Positions 15,785 through 24,077 of a stretch of DNA of 35,330 nt are shown here, in pieces. Each line of letters begins with the position of its first letter. Position 1 is the first letter of the stretch. Under the pieces are notes generated by a model. That model was given only the letters and a program-made list of their open reading frames with translations, had not been told where the DNA came from and did not search any database. Location: assembly GCA_020061685.1 (NCBI GenBank), contig JAGUXU010000124.1, forward strand, positions 1-35,330, in the 5' to 3' direction. Made by a program: the position numbers and the translations under genes. This stretch comes from Candidatus Omnitrophota bacterium (lineage in GTDB: Bacteria; Omnitrophota; Gorgyraeia; Pluralincolimonadales; Pluralincolimonadaceae).

Positions 15785-15872
15785 AAAACCAGTGAAATTA
15801 GAGAGGTTTCCCCTCATGTAATACGAGAGGGACCCCAGATTATTTTGCCTTTTTGAAAGGGAAAGAAAGAAG

Positions 15873-16220
15873 ATGATCGATTGCTTAAAATGCAAACAGA
15901 AAAATTCTTGTTGTGATTTTGGAGTATGGGTAGATTTAGAAGAAGCTAAAAAAATATTATCCCTTAGGTTAAAAGGGGATTTTTACCATCTCGAGAAGGA
16001 TAAAGATTTTCCTTCCGGGTATAGAGTTGGAACGAGCTATGAAGACAATCACTGTTCTTTTCTTACCCCGGAAGGGCTATGTTCTATTCACAAAGTTAAT
16101 TATAATTTGAAACCGGCTCATTGCAAAGAATTTCCATATGAAAAAGGAAAATTATCATTGTTTGCAGACGTCTTATGCGCGCGGGTTAAATCAAGAAGAA
16201 AGATAAAGAAAAGGATATGA
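15873..16220 (+). CDS. cysteine-cluster protein (YkgJ / CxxCxxCC-like putative Fe-S or Zn protein)
   Basis: The N-terminal CLKCKQKNSCC is followed by V.LEEAKKI and later HCSFL...GLCSIH and HCKEFP. This resembles the UPF0153/YkgJ Cys pattern, but the spacing is not canonical. Confidence 0.4.
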   Translation: MIDCLKCKQKNSCCDFGVWVDLEEAKKILSLRLKGDFYHLEKDKDFPSGYRVGTSYEDNHCSFLTPEGLCSIHKVNYNLKPAHCKEFPYEKGKLSLFADVLCARVKSRRKIKKRI

Positions 16221-16235
16221 CCAGAAATAAATACC

Positions 16236-18515
16236 ATGGCAAATGATATCAGGAAGATAGCGTTCATAGGCAATTATCTCCCCAGGCGTTGCGGCATCGC
16301 GACTTTTACCACGGATATCTGCGAGACGTTCGCGGCCCTGAACCCGTCTGTCCAGGTATTCGCGATACCTGTCACGGATATCGAGGAAGGTTACGATTAC
16401 CCGGAGCGCGTACGTTTCGAGATCAAGGAACAGGATATAGACTCGTATAAAGCGGCGGCGGATTTCCTCAACCTCAACAATATCGATGTTGTCTGCCTTC
16501 AGCACGAATTCGGTATTTTCGGAGGGGAGGCAGGAAGCTATATATTGGCCTTATTGCGCCAATTGAATATGCCTATAATAACAACCCTCCACACGGTATT
16601 GAAAAATCCATCCGTGCGCCAAAGGCGCGTTATGGATGAATTACTTAGCCTGTCTGATTATGTGGTCGTAATGACGCAAAAGGCTGTCGACATCCTTCAG
16701 GAGGTAAATAAGATACAGGTATCTAAGATACGGCTGGTCCCGCACGGGATACCCGACGTTTCTTTTATCGACCCTAATTTTTACAAAGACCAGTATGGGG
16801 TCGAGGGCAAGACCACGCTTCTGACGTTCGGACTGCTTTCGCCGCGCAAGGGGATAGAGGTTGTCCTGCGCGCGCTTCCCAAGGTCATAAAAGAACACCC
16901 GAATGCGGTATACATAGTCGTCGGCGCCACGCACCCCAATCTGTTAAGGCATGAAGGTGAAGCATACAGACTTTATTTACAACGTCTTTGCGACGATCTT
17001 GGGATCTCACGGAACGTTATTTTCCATAACCGGTTTGTATCTCCTGAAGAGCTTAAAGAACTGCTCGTGCTCGCCGATATTTACATTACCCCATATCTTG
17101 AAGAAGCGCAGGTGACTTCCGGAACCCTTGCCTATTCGTTCGGCGTAGGAAACGCGGTCATCTCCACTCCATATTGGCACGCCGCCGAACTGCTCAGTGA
17201 CGGCAAGGGCATCCTTGTGCCGTTCAACGATCCGAAAGCGATAGGAGAGGCAATCTCGAAGCTTATCGTCAATGAAAACGAACGTAATGCGATGCGAAAG
17301 AATGCCTATCTTTTGGGCCGCGAGATGATATGGAACAATGTGGCGTCAAAATATGCGTCTATCTTCGAGGAAGCGAAGACGAAACGCCCTACCGTGGCGC
17401 AAAAGAAGATAACTATGCATCCCCTTGAACATGAATATCCTGTATTGCCGGACATCAAGCTCGACCATCTCGTAAGGATGACAGATTCCATCGGGGTTTT
17501 CCAGCACGCCACATTCAATGTCCCGAACTTTTCCGAAGGCTATTGCACCGATGATAATGCGCGGGCGCTTATCTTGGCCGTGTTGCTTGAGAACCTCGGC
17601 ACCATCAATCCCCTCAGGATCAATGACCTGGCAAGCCGTTATCTCGGGTTTGTAAAATACGCGTGGGACGCTTCTGCCGGCCGGTTCAGGAATTTTTTGA
17701 CCTTCCAGCGCAATTGGAAAGAAGAGGCGCCCAGCGAAGATTGCCACGGGAGAGCGATATGGGCTATCGGCACCTGCATCGGGCGATCCAAGAACGAAGG
17801 CTTTGCTCAGATGTCGGTTGAGTTTTTTGAAAAGGCCCTTGCTCCTACGGCGTCATTTACGTCGCCGCGCGCATGGGCTTTCATACTACTCGGCATACAT
17901 GAATATCTGCAGCGTTTTCACGGTGACAGGCTCGCGCGTAATTGTCTTCAGACGCTTGCTGCGCGGCTTTACGATCTTTACAAAGCGAATAGTGACGCGG
18001 AATGGCGGTGGTTTGAATCGTCCCTGACATATTGCGATGCCAAATTACCCCATGCCCTTTTGTTAAGCGGACACAATCTCGATAACGAAGAGATGCTCGG
18101 GGCCGGTATAGAGTCCCTAAGATGGCTTACAAAGGTGCAGACCTCGCCACGCGGTCATTTCCAGCCTGTAGGCACGGACGGCGAATACGTTCGAGGCGGG
18201 GTCAAACCTGTCTTTGACCAGCAGCCGGTAGAAGCCTATGCCACCGTTTCGGCCTGCCTCGATGCCTATCGCATAACAAAAGACAGGATGTGGTACGAGG
18301 AGGCCTTAAATGTTTTTCAGTGGTTCCTCGGGAGCAATGATCTCGGCATTTCCTTATATGACCCGGTAACGGGCGGATGCTGTGACGGGCTTCACGTTAA
18401 CAGGGTCAACCGCAATCAAGGCGCTGAATCCACGCTTTCGTTCCTTCTTTCCCTGACTGAAATGACACAGATGGAAAATGTCCTCCAAAGCCTTAAGGAG
18501 CCGTTGGAGGAATGA
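16236..18515 (+). CDS. GT4-family glycosyltransferase with ~370-aa C-terminal extension
   Basis: The N-terminal ~390 aa has the GT-B/GT4 layout (IAFIGNYLPRRCGIATFT; C-terminal Rossmann with LLTFGLLSPRKGIE, ITPY.EEAQVTSGTLAYSFG.G.AVISTP). The C-terminal half (from about HPLEHEY) is helix-rich with W/H/D-rich motifs and resembles an (alpha/alpha)6-type domain. That fold call is inference only. Confidence 0.7.
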   Translation: MANDIRKIAFIGNYLPRRCGIATFTTDICETFAALNPSVQVFAIPVTDIEEGYDYPERVRFEIKEQDIDSYKAAADFLNLNNIDVVCLQHEFGIFGGEAGSYILALLRQLNMPIITTLHTVLKNPSVRQRRVMDELLSLSDYVVVMTQKAVDILQEVNKIQVSKIRLVPHGIPDVSFIDPNFYKDQYGVEGKTTLLTFGLLSPRKGIEVVLRALPKVIKEHPNAVYIVVGATHPNLLRHEGEAYRLYLQRLCDDLGISRNVIFHNRFVSPEELKELLVLADIYITPYLEEAQVTSGTLAYSFGVGNAVISTPYWHAAELLSDGKGILVPFNDPKAIGEAISKLIVNENERNAMRKNAYLLGREMIWNNVASKYASIFEEAKTKRPTVAQKKITMHPLEHEYPVLPDIKLDHLVRMTDSIGVFQHATFNVPNFSEGYCTDDNARALILAVLLENLGTINPLRINDLASRYLGFVKYAWDASAGRFRNFLTFQRNWKEEAPSEDCHGRAIWAIGTCIGRSKNEGFAQMSVEFFEKALAPTASFTSPRAWAFILLGIHEYLQRFHGDRLARNCLQTLAARLYDLYKANSDAEWRWFESSLTYCDAKLPHALLLSGHNLDNEEMLGAGIESLRWLTKVQTSPRGHFQPVGTDGEYVRGGVKPVFDQQPVEAYATVSACLDAYRITKDRMWYEEALNVFQWFLGSNDLGISLYDPVTGGCCDGLHVNRVNRNQGAESTLSFLLSLTEMTQMENVLQSLKEPLEE

Positions 18516-19954
18516 TAAAGAATACCGGCATAGCCATTACCCCCGATAGCGAGCGCGTCATCATCAGGCCGTATATCCCCGCCGATCAATCGCGCATCCC
18601 GAAGATCGTCTCGCGCGTTATGGCCCTCGACGAACATGCAGCCGAAGAACACCTAAAGAGAACCATGCGCGATTTTTCGGCGCGACACCATAATTTTGAT
18701 GCCATCCTTGAACGCCAATTTGAGGCCGTCCGCGCATATATGCCTTCCGATTTCGCGCCTTCTAAAACACAGAGGCTTCTCATAGGAGCGTACTTCATCG
18801 GCGAGCGTTCATATGAATCAACGGGCCTATTCAATCCTTCTATTGTCGCGCATCCCGACCAATCCGGGGTTTCCGGAGGATCTTTGCGTTTTATCATCTC
18901 TTTGCGTGCGACAGGCGAGGGGCAGATATCCACATTGGTATTCCGTTCGGGGCTCATAGACAAACATGGGTCTGTATCGATCGACAAAGCTTCCGGTCTC
19001 GCGCGTACCGCTGAACCGAAACCGAATGCGCTTTATGACAAGACATGTTTTGCCATAAAGCTTTATGAAATGGGGCTGGAAAACGATTGTTCAAAGCATA
19101 CCATAGACCCGCTTCCGGCTGAATTTACCATGGAGCAGCTGGAAGAGAAGGTCAAGGATTACACTGCAGGCCATCAGCCAATAACTCAGACAGACAAGCT
19201 TACCTGCGAAAAGATCTTGTGGCTTGCCCGATGCAATTACGAGGCCACTTTCGATCCGCGGTTTCCGCTTTCAGAGCGTGTTCTATTCCCGCTTTCTCCA
19301 AGCGAGCAGAACGGCATGGAAGATGCGCGTTTCGTGTTTTTTAAGGACGATGACGGAAGCGGGAAATACTATGCCACGTATACGGCGTATGACGGCAGGG
19401 TGATCCTGCCGCAGATAATGGAGACAGAGGATTTTGTCCGTTTTAAGATGATCACCTTGAACGGCAGGGCGGCGGTCAACAAGGGGATGGCTTTGTTCCC
19501 GCGCAAGATAAACGGCCGTTACGCGATGGTCTCCCGGAACGATAACGAGAACCTTTTTTTAATGTATTCCGATAATATTCATTTCTGGCATGAGGCCGTT
19601 CCGCTGATGGGCCCTTTATACCCATGGGAGTTCGTGCAGATAGGGAATTGCGGTTCTCCCATCGAGACTGAGCGCGGGTGGCTGCTTCTGACCCATGGCG
19701 TCGGCCCGATGCGCCAATATTCGATTGGCGCGGCGCTTCTCGACCTCAAAGACCCTTCGCGTATACTCGGCCGGTTGAGCGGACCGCTTATTCACTGGGA
19801 GGATGATAGCCGTTCCGGATATGTCCCGAATGTTGTCTATTCATGCGGCGCCATGACCCATGGCGATACGCTTATCATCCCATACGCGTTATCCGACCAG
19901 CAGACGACTATCGCGCTGGTATCGCTGCGCGAGATCCTAGACAAGTTGTCTTAG
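18512..19954 (+). CDS. GH130-family (DUF377) glycoside phosphorylase/hydrolase-like protein with N-terminal extension
   Basis: The C-terminal ~260 aa shows EDARFV.F.DD.G...YYATYTAYDG, NKG.ALFPRKINGRYAM.SR, GWLLLTHGVG....Y..GAALLDL.DP and VPNVVYSCG......L.IPY. These are typical of the GH130 five-bladed beta-propeller. It has an ATGA overlap with the GT4 gene. Confidence 0.7.
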   Translation: MIKNTGIAITPDSERVIIRPYIPADQSRIPKIVSRVMALDEHAAEEHLKRTMRDFSARHHNFDAILERQFEAVRAYMPSDFAPSKTQRLLIGAYFIGERSYESTGLFNPSIVAHPDQSGVSGGSLRFIISLRATGEGQISTLVFRSGLIDKHGSVSIDKASGLARTAEPKPNALYDKTCFAIKLYEMGLENDCSKHTIDPLPAEFTMEQLEEKVKDYTAGHQPITQTDKLTCEKILWLARCNYEATFDPRFPLSERVLFPLSPSEQNGMEDARFVFFKDDDGSGKYYATYTAYDGRVILPQIMETEDFVRFKMITLNGRAAVNKGMALFPRKINGRYAMVSRNDNENLFLMYSDNIHFWHEAVPLMGPLYPWEFVQIGNCGSPIETERGWLLLTHGVGPMRQYSIGAALLDLKDPSRILGRLSGPLIHWEDDSRSGYVPNVVYSCGAMTHGDTLIIPYALSDQQTTIALVSLREILDKLS

Positions 19955-20148
19955 AGGGCCTATATTTGAAACTTAGCGGATGGATATTTCTATGGTGTGC
20001 AAGCGCAGGTATATCGCTATTTCTGAATAAATATGTTAATATAAGTATTTCCTACTTGGTGGACACCAAGAAAAAAGGCAATGACTGGAATTACGCCAAT
20101 GTTCTAGTAACATCAATGAGTTTGAAATTTTAACTAGGGTTGCCTGAT

Positions 20149-20727
20149 ATGAAGATCCGGGAAAGTGGAATGCCTGAGCGTGATATGTGGGAAAAGTTTT
20201 TTAACCCTGCAAGGATTCTTGCTTCGCTTAGCATAAATAGTCAAACAGGCGACGTTGCGGAATTCGGTTGCGGCTACGGCACATTTACGATCCCCGCCGC
20301 CAAGGTCATTAAAGGGAAAATATATGCGTTGGATATCGAGCCGGACATGATCCGGATTACTAATGAAAAGGCTAAAAAGAATGGATTGAACAATGTGCAG
20401 GCGGTATTGCGCGATTTCATGGCAGAAGGTTCCGGCCTGCCGGATGGAAGCGTGGATTACGTAATGCTTTTCAATATCCTCCATCTTGAAAAACCAGCGA
20501 TTCTTATTAACGAGGCAAAGCGAATTCTGAGAGATGGAGGGAAACTGGGAATTATCCATTGGAATTACGACCCAACGACGCCACGGGGACCTTCAATGGA
20601 TATCCGTCCCAAGCCGGAAGACTGCATAAGATGGGCAGAAAGCGCCGGATTCAGCAAATCTGCCCGACACGATTTAAAACCGTATCATTACGGGATTATT
20701 TTAACCAAAGAGGAGGGCGTAAGATGA
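20149..20727 (+). CDS. class I SAM-dependent methyltransferase
   Basis: Motif I is VAEFGCGYGTFTIPAA, followed by YALDIE, VDYVMLFNILH and LRDGGKLGI. The track ORF begins at TTG 20140; the in-frame ATG at 20149 is equally plausible. Confidence 0.75.
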   Translation: MKIRESGMPERDMWEKFFNPARILASLSINSQTGDVAEFGCGYGTFTIPAAKVIKGKIYALDIEPDMIRITNEKAKKNGLNNVQAVLRDFMAEGSGLPDGSVDYVMLFNILHLEKPAILINEAKRILRDGGKLGIIHWNYDPTTPRGPSMDIRPKPEDCIRWAESAGFSKSARHDLKPYHYGIILTKEEGVR

Positions 20728-21044
20728 AGATAGGAGTTATTATTTCAAGTAATGATGCCGAAACCTGCTGGAACGCCTTTCGCTACGCGAACTTCTGCCT
20801 TGGGCAGAAAGACGAAGTTAAAGTGTTTCTGACAGGCAAGGGCGTTGAGTACCAGAAAATAAGCACAGAAAAATTTAATACGATTGAGCAAGGAGATAAG
20901 CTCTTAAAGTCTGGCGGAAAGATCCTTGCATGCGGAACATGCATAAAATCTCGCGGGCAGGAAGGCTCTGAAATGTGCCCTATTAATACTATGAAGGACA
21001 TGTATGAAATCATCAAAGAGAGCGATAAAGTTGTGACTTTTTAA
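20724..21044 (+). CDS. DsrE/DsrF-like family protein
   Basis: The track ORF 20559..21044 overlaps the methyltransferase. The ATG at 20724 (ATGA overlap, SD GAGGAGGG upstream) gives a 106-aa protein, MKIGVIISSNDAETCWNAFRYAN......V.VFL.G.GV...........ILACGTC. That is the DsrE-like fold pattern with its conserved Cys. Confidence 0.6.
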   Translation: MKIGVIISSNDAETCWNAFRYANFCLGQKDEVKVFLTGKGVEYQKISTEKFNTIEQGDKLLKSGGKILACGTCIKSRGQEGSEMCPINTMKDMYEIIKESDKVVTF

Positions 21045-21100
21045 GCAGGACAAATCGGACAAAATCCGCAAAGAAATCCCTCTTTAATCCCCAAAAATCC

Positions 21101-21129
21101 TTGATGTAGTAAGATATCGCCCGTATAAT
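21101..21129 (+). promoter_or_regulatory. sigma70 promoter TTGATG-N17-TATAAT (copy 2 of duplicated cassette)
   Basis: The -35 is at 21101-21106 and the -10 at 21124-21129. The 8-nt inverted repeat CCTTGATG (21099-21106) / CATCAAGG (21131-21138) brackets the core promoter. The SD AAGGAG at 21135-21140 precedes the ATG at 21141. Confidence 0.6.
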
Positions 21130-21140
21130 ACATCAAGGAG

Positions 21141-21473
21141 ATGAAAGATATGAAAAAGATACTTTTAACGTTAATTGCCGTCGCATTTGTCAGTTCTTTG
21201 TGTTTTGTCGCAGAGCCGTCAGCAAATGCCGATGAAGCCAAGACCTTTACAGGCAAGGTCGAATCTATTCAAAAAGGGATCGCCAAGCCGCCGAAGTGGA
21301 CATACACGAGGATCACGTTTGTTACCGACAGCGGTGAAAAGATACTCGTTCATGCGATACAGGCCACCAAAGTTATAGATCTTTCCGGAAAAGATATAAC
21401 CGAAGGCGGGAAGATATTCGCCGCCGTTTACCTTAAAAAGGGCCAGCGCGTGGAGGTCAAGTATTCGATATAA
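21141..21473 (+). CDS. small secreted protein of unknown function (Sec-type signal peptide)
   Basis: The N-terminus is MKDMKKILLTLIAVAFVSSLCFVAEPSANA|DE: a positive n-region, a hydrophobic core and an AxA cleavage motif. The mature ~80 aa is Lys-rich and beta-strand-like with no Cys. I recognise no family. Confidence 0.6.
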   Translation: MKDMKKILLTLIAVAFVSSLCFVAEPSANADEAKTFTGKVESIQKGIAKPPKWTYTRITFVTDSGEKILVHAIQATKVIDLSGKDITEGGKIFAAVYLKKGQRVEVKYSI

Positions 21474-21476
21474 AAA

Positions 21477-22892
21477 ATGAAGATACTTTTCCGCTCGGAC
21501 CAAAAAAGAGGACAAAACCTGCCCAATCTCGGGATAGGGTACCTTATCGCTTACCTCGATAAGTACCATCCCGGCCTGACCATGGATGTTTCTTTTGACC
21601 GCGAGGATATTTTAGAAAAAATAGACTCGTTCAAGCCGGACCTGATAGGGTTTACCGCGGTCACTTTCACTTATAAGAAGGCGTCTGAATTGGCGAAGAC
21701 GGTGAAAGAGCGTTATCCCTCCATCCCGCTGGTAATGGGGGGCGCACATATCACGCTGTGCTGGGAAGCTCTGCCGGACTGGATAGATGTCGCCGTCCTG
21801 AGTGAAGGCGAGCAGACCTTCACGGAACTCGTAAAAAGCTATCAAGACAGCGGCCGGTTAAAGAAGGAGGACATCCCGGGTATCGTCTTCAGAAAAAACG
21901 GGAATTTAGTCAATACGGGGCCAAGGGAGCTGCTTAATCCGCTTGACTCTATCCCTCATCCGGACCTGGATGCCCTGTCCGTGCCTAAGAAGGAGTTAAG
22001 CCACATAATCACTTCCCGCGGATGCCCTTACAGATGCAAATTTTGCTGTTCCGCGAAGATCTGGAAGAATCCCCGCTATCATTCGGCGGAGTATGTCGTC
22101 GAAGAGATAGAAAAGGCGGTGAGGCATTACGGCCGGAAGAAACTGATGATATATGACGACCTCTTTACCGTAAATAAAAGCAGGATCCGCCGGATGGCCC
22201 AGTTAATGGAAGAAAAAGGCCTGAATAAAAGCATAGAATTTGACAGCATCTCTCATGTGGATTTCCTGAATGAGGAGGTGGTTACGGACCTGAAGAAGAT
22301 GGGGGTGACCAGGATCAGCCTGGGGATGGAATCAGGGTCCAAGAAGGTCCTCGATTACCTGAAGAACGGGGTGGTAACGCATGATAAGATAAGGCAGGCC
22401 GTAAAATTATGTAAAGAGCACGGGATCAAGCCGATGGGGTCCTTTATGATAGGCTCTCCTCATGAGACAGAAGAGGACATCAAGCAGACCATGGATTTTA
22501 TCAAAGAGATCGGGTTAGACGAACTGGTCTTGAATGTCACTACTCCCTTTCCCGGCACAGAGCTCTGGGAATATGCCAGGGAAAAAGGGTTCGTGAAAGA
22601 CAATGAGTGGGATGAGCGGCTATGGGGGATGCAGCATGTTGACGAAGGGAACATTGGGGAAAAGATAATTCTGGCCGATGTGGATAAAGAGACCTTCCTG
22701 CGTTTATACCGCCGCATGGATAATCTCCTGCTTAGCATAGTCAGAAGAAAGGAATTGCGCAATTGGCTGCGCCGGCCCTATAACCTGAAACTGCTCTGGC
22801 GGCATATCCGCGGAAGGATCAAGACATTTAAGAAGAGGATCAGGGTCAAATTAAAGATGAGGGCGGCCCGTCAGGCTCATGAAAATAAATAA
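21477..22892 (+). CDS. B12-binding-domain radical SAM enzyme (class B)
   Basis: The N-terminal cobalamin-binding-like Rossmann region shows LGIGYLIAYL, DLIGFTAVT and IPLVMGGAHIT. The radical SAM cluster is SRGCPYRCKFCCS (CX3CX2C). It starts 3 nt after the small protein gene. Confidence 0.8.
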   Translation: MKILFRSDQKRGQNLPNLGIGYLIAYLDKYHPGLTMDVSFDREDILEKIDSFKPDLIGFTAVTFTYKKASELAKTVKERYPSIPLVMGGAHITLCWEALPDWIDVAVLSEGEQTFTELVKSYQDSGRLKKEDIPGIVFRKNGNLVNTGPRELLNPLDSIPHPDLDALSVPKKELSHIITSRGCPYRCKFCCSAKIWKNPRYHSAEYVVEEIEKAVRHYGRKKLMIYDDLFTVNKSRIRRMAQLMEEKGLNKSIEFDSISHVDFLNEEVVTDLKKMGVTRISLGMESGSKKVLDYLKNGVVTHDKIRQAVKLCKEHGIKPMGSFMIGSPHETEEDIKQTMDFIKEIGLDELVLNVTTPFPGTELWEYAREKGFVKDNEWDERLWGMQHVDEGNIGEKIILADVDKETFLRLYRRMDNLLLSIVRRKELRNWLRRPYNLKLLWRHIRGRIKTFKKRIRVKLKMRAARQAHENK

Positions 22893-23919
22893 GGCATATC
22901 AGGCCTTCAAGATATTTTTTAAGGTTTTAGGCCTGGATAAAAGGATCGATAGCTATTTCAGGTTGCAGGATTTTGTCGGGACTATCGGCCCGTTGCATTT
23001 TGATTCAACCGCCGCTTCCCCGGCCGAAAAAGCGGCGTTCTTTAGAAGCCGGTTAAAGGATATCGAGGTCGAAACACACGCCTATTGTAACAGGAAATGC
23101 AGTTTTTGCCCGAATGCCTCCGTTGACAGGACTGATAAGACAAAGGTAATGCGGGAGGACGTGTTTAGGGGCATGATAGATGAACTGGGGAAGATGGATT
23201 TCGACGGCTGTATCAAGTTCCACAGATTCAATGAGCCTCTCGCCTTGGATATTATTTTTGACAGGGTGGAATATGCGCGGAAGAGACTTTCCAGGGCTGT
23301 TCTTGGCCTTCATTCCAACGGGGATTACGTAACAAAGAATATTCTGGAAAGACTCGACGATATGGGCGTAGATTTTTTCGGTATAAGCCGTTATATCGAT
23401 TTTAATGCGCCGCGTTTTAGAGTGAGAGAGGCCGCGCGTAGACATTGTGAGGATTATTTAAAAAGGCTTGGCCTTCGTGCCGCAGCGTTAAGGCCCGATA
23501 ATAATCTGGCGAGATATAAGATCCCGATGAGGCGGATGAAAGTGACGCTTTTTGTCCCGGATATAATAGGCCGCGGAAATGACCGCGGCGGGCATTTAAA
23601 GGATTTAAAGCTCAAAAAACCAAGGACCTCGCCATGCAGAAGCCCTTTCAGCGGATTATATATCGACTGGACAGGCGATGTACTGCCTTGTTGTAACCTT
23701 AGAGGCGATATCGAAGCTCAGAAGAGCTTCGTGATGGGGAACATCAGGGAGGATTCCCTTCAGGATGTGTTTTTATCTAAAGCGTCCGGCGCGATAAGGA
23801 AGATGTTAATTGATCATATTGAAAAGCCCGGGCCGTGCAAATATTGCGGTTACGACTTGTTTTATATCGGGCGTAGAGCTAAGAAATTAATAGATGCAAA
23901 GATCAAGTCATTATTGTAA
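22879..23919 (+). CDS. radical SAM enzyme with C-terminal SPASM/twitch-like Cys domain
   Basis: The radical SAM cluster is ETHAYCNRKCSFCPN (CX3CX2C), and FNEPL is present. The C-terminal auxiliary-cluster cysteines are SPCRSPF, GDVLPCCNL and GPCKYCGY. It has a 14-nt overlap with the preceding rSAM gene. Confidence 0.75.
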   Translation: MKINKAYQAFKIFFKVLGLDKRIDSYFRLQDFVGTIGPLHFDSTAASPAEKAAFFRSRLKDIEVETHAYCNRKCSFCPNASVDRTDKTKVMREDVFRGMIDELGKMDFDGCIKFHRFNEPLALDIIFDRVEYARKRLSRAVLGLHSNGDYVTKNILERLDDMGVDFFGISRYIDFNAPRFRVREAARRHCEDYLKRLGLRAAALRPDNNLARYKIPMRRMKVTLFVPDIIGRGNDRGGHLKDLKLKKPRTSPCRSPFSGLYIDWTGDVLPCCNLRGDIEAQKSFVMGNIREDSLQDVFLSKASGAIRKMLIDHIEKPGPCKYCGYDLFYIGRRAKKLIDAKIKSLL

Positions 23920-23943
23920 TCCGGGACCCTCTTATTATTATGT

Positions 23944-23971
23944 TTGACTAAGGCCGATAAAGTGGTATAAT
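23944..23971 (+). promoter_or_regulatory. extended -10 sigma70 promoter TTGACT-N16-TGgTATAAT
   Basis: The -35 is at 23944-23949. The TG is at 23963-23964 and the -10 TATAAT at 23966-23971. Confidence 0.55.
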
Positions 23972-23993
23972 AAGACGAAGATTAGGGAAACTT

Positions 23994-24033
23994 AAGCCGT
24001 GGAGGGAAACTACTAACCTTTACGGCTTTTTTC
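23994..24033 (+). terminator. terminator/attenuator-like leader hairpin + U-run
   Basis: AAGCCGTGGAGG (23994-24005) pairs with CCTTTACGGCTT (24017-24028). This gives 12 bp including two G.U pairs and an 11-nt loop, running into TTTTTT (24027-24032). It lies about 16 nt after the predicted start site and 45 nt before the small ORF. Confidence 0.45.
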
Positions 24034-24077
24034 GTTAGTGCTCTCAAGTATTACCGGCTATTTAAGGAGAATAAGCA

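Noticed and set aside
19843-20133. A 96-aa plus-strand ORF, together with the 185-nt AT-rich spacer at 19955-20139.
   Set aside because: The ORF starts inside the GH130 gene in another frame and runs through AT-rich intergenic DNA, with no SD or motifs. I found only weak promoter-like hexamers and a short palindrome (CTTGGTGGACACCAAG) without a U-run, so I call no feature here.
20559-20723. N-terminal extension of the DsrE-like ORF (the track start at 20559 gives 161 aa).
   Set aside because: The first 55 residues overlap the methyltransferase gene out of frame and are Arg/Gly/Pro-rich. The ATG at 20724 has a good SD and an ATGA coupling to the upstream stop.
14259-21500. Possibility of a genomic island integrated at tRNA-His, since accessory-looking genes start right after it.
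   Set aside because: There is no integrase, recombinase or transposase gene. I could not find a direct repeat of the tRNA-His 3' end further downstream, and I saw no sharp compositional break by eye. This cannot be excluded without genome comparison.
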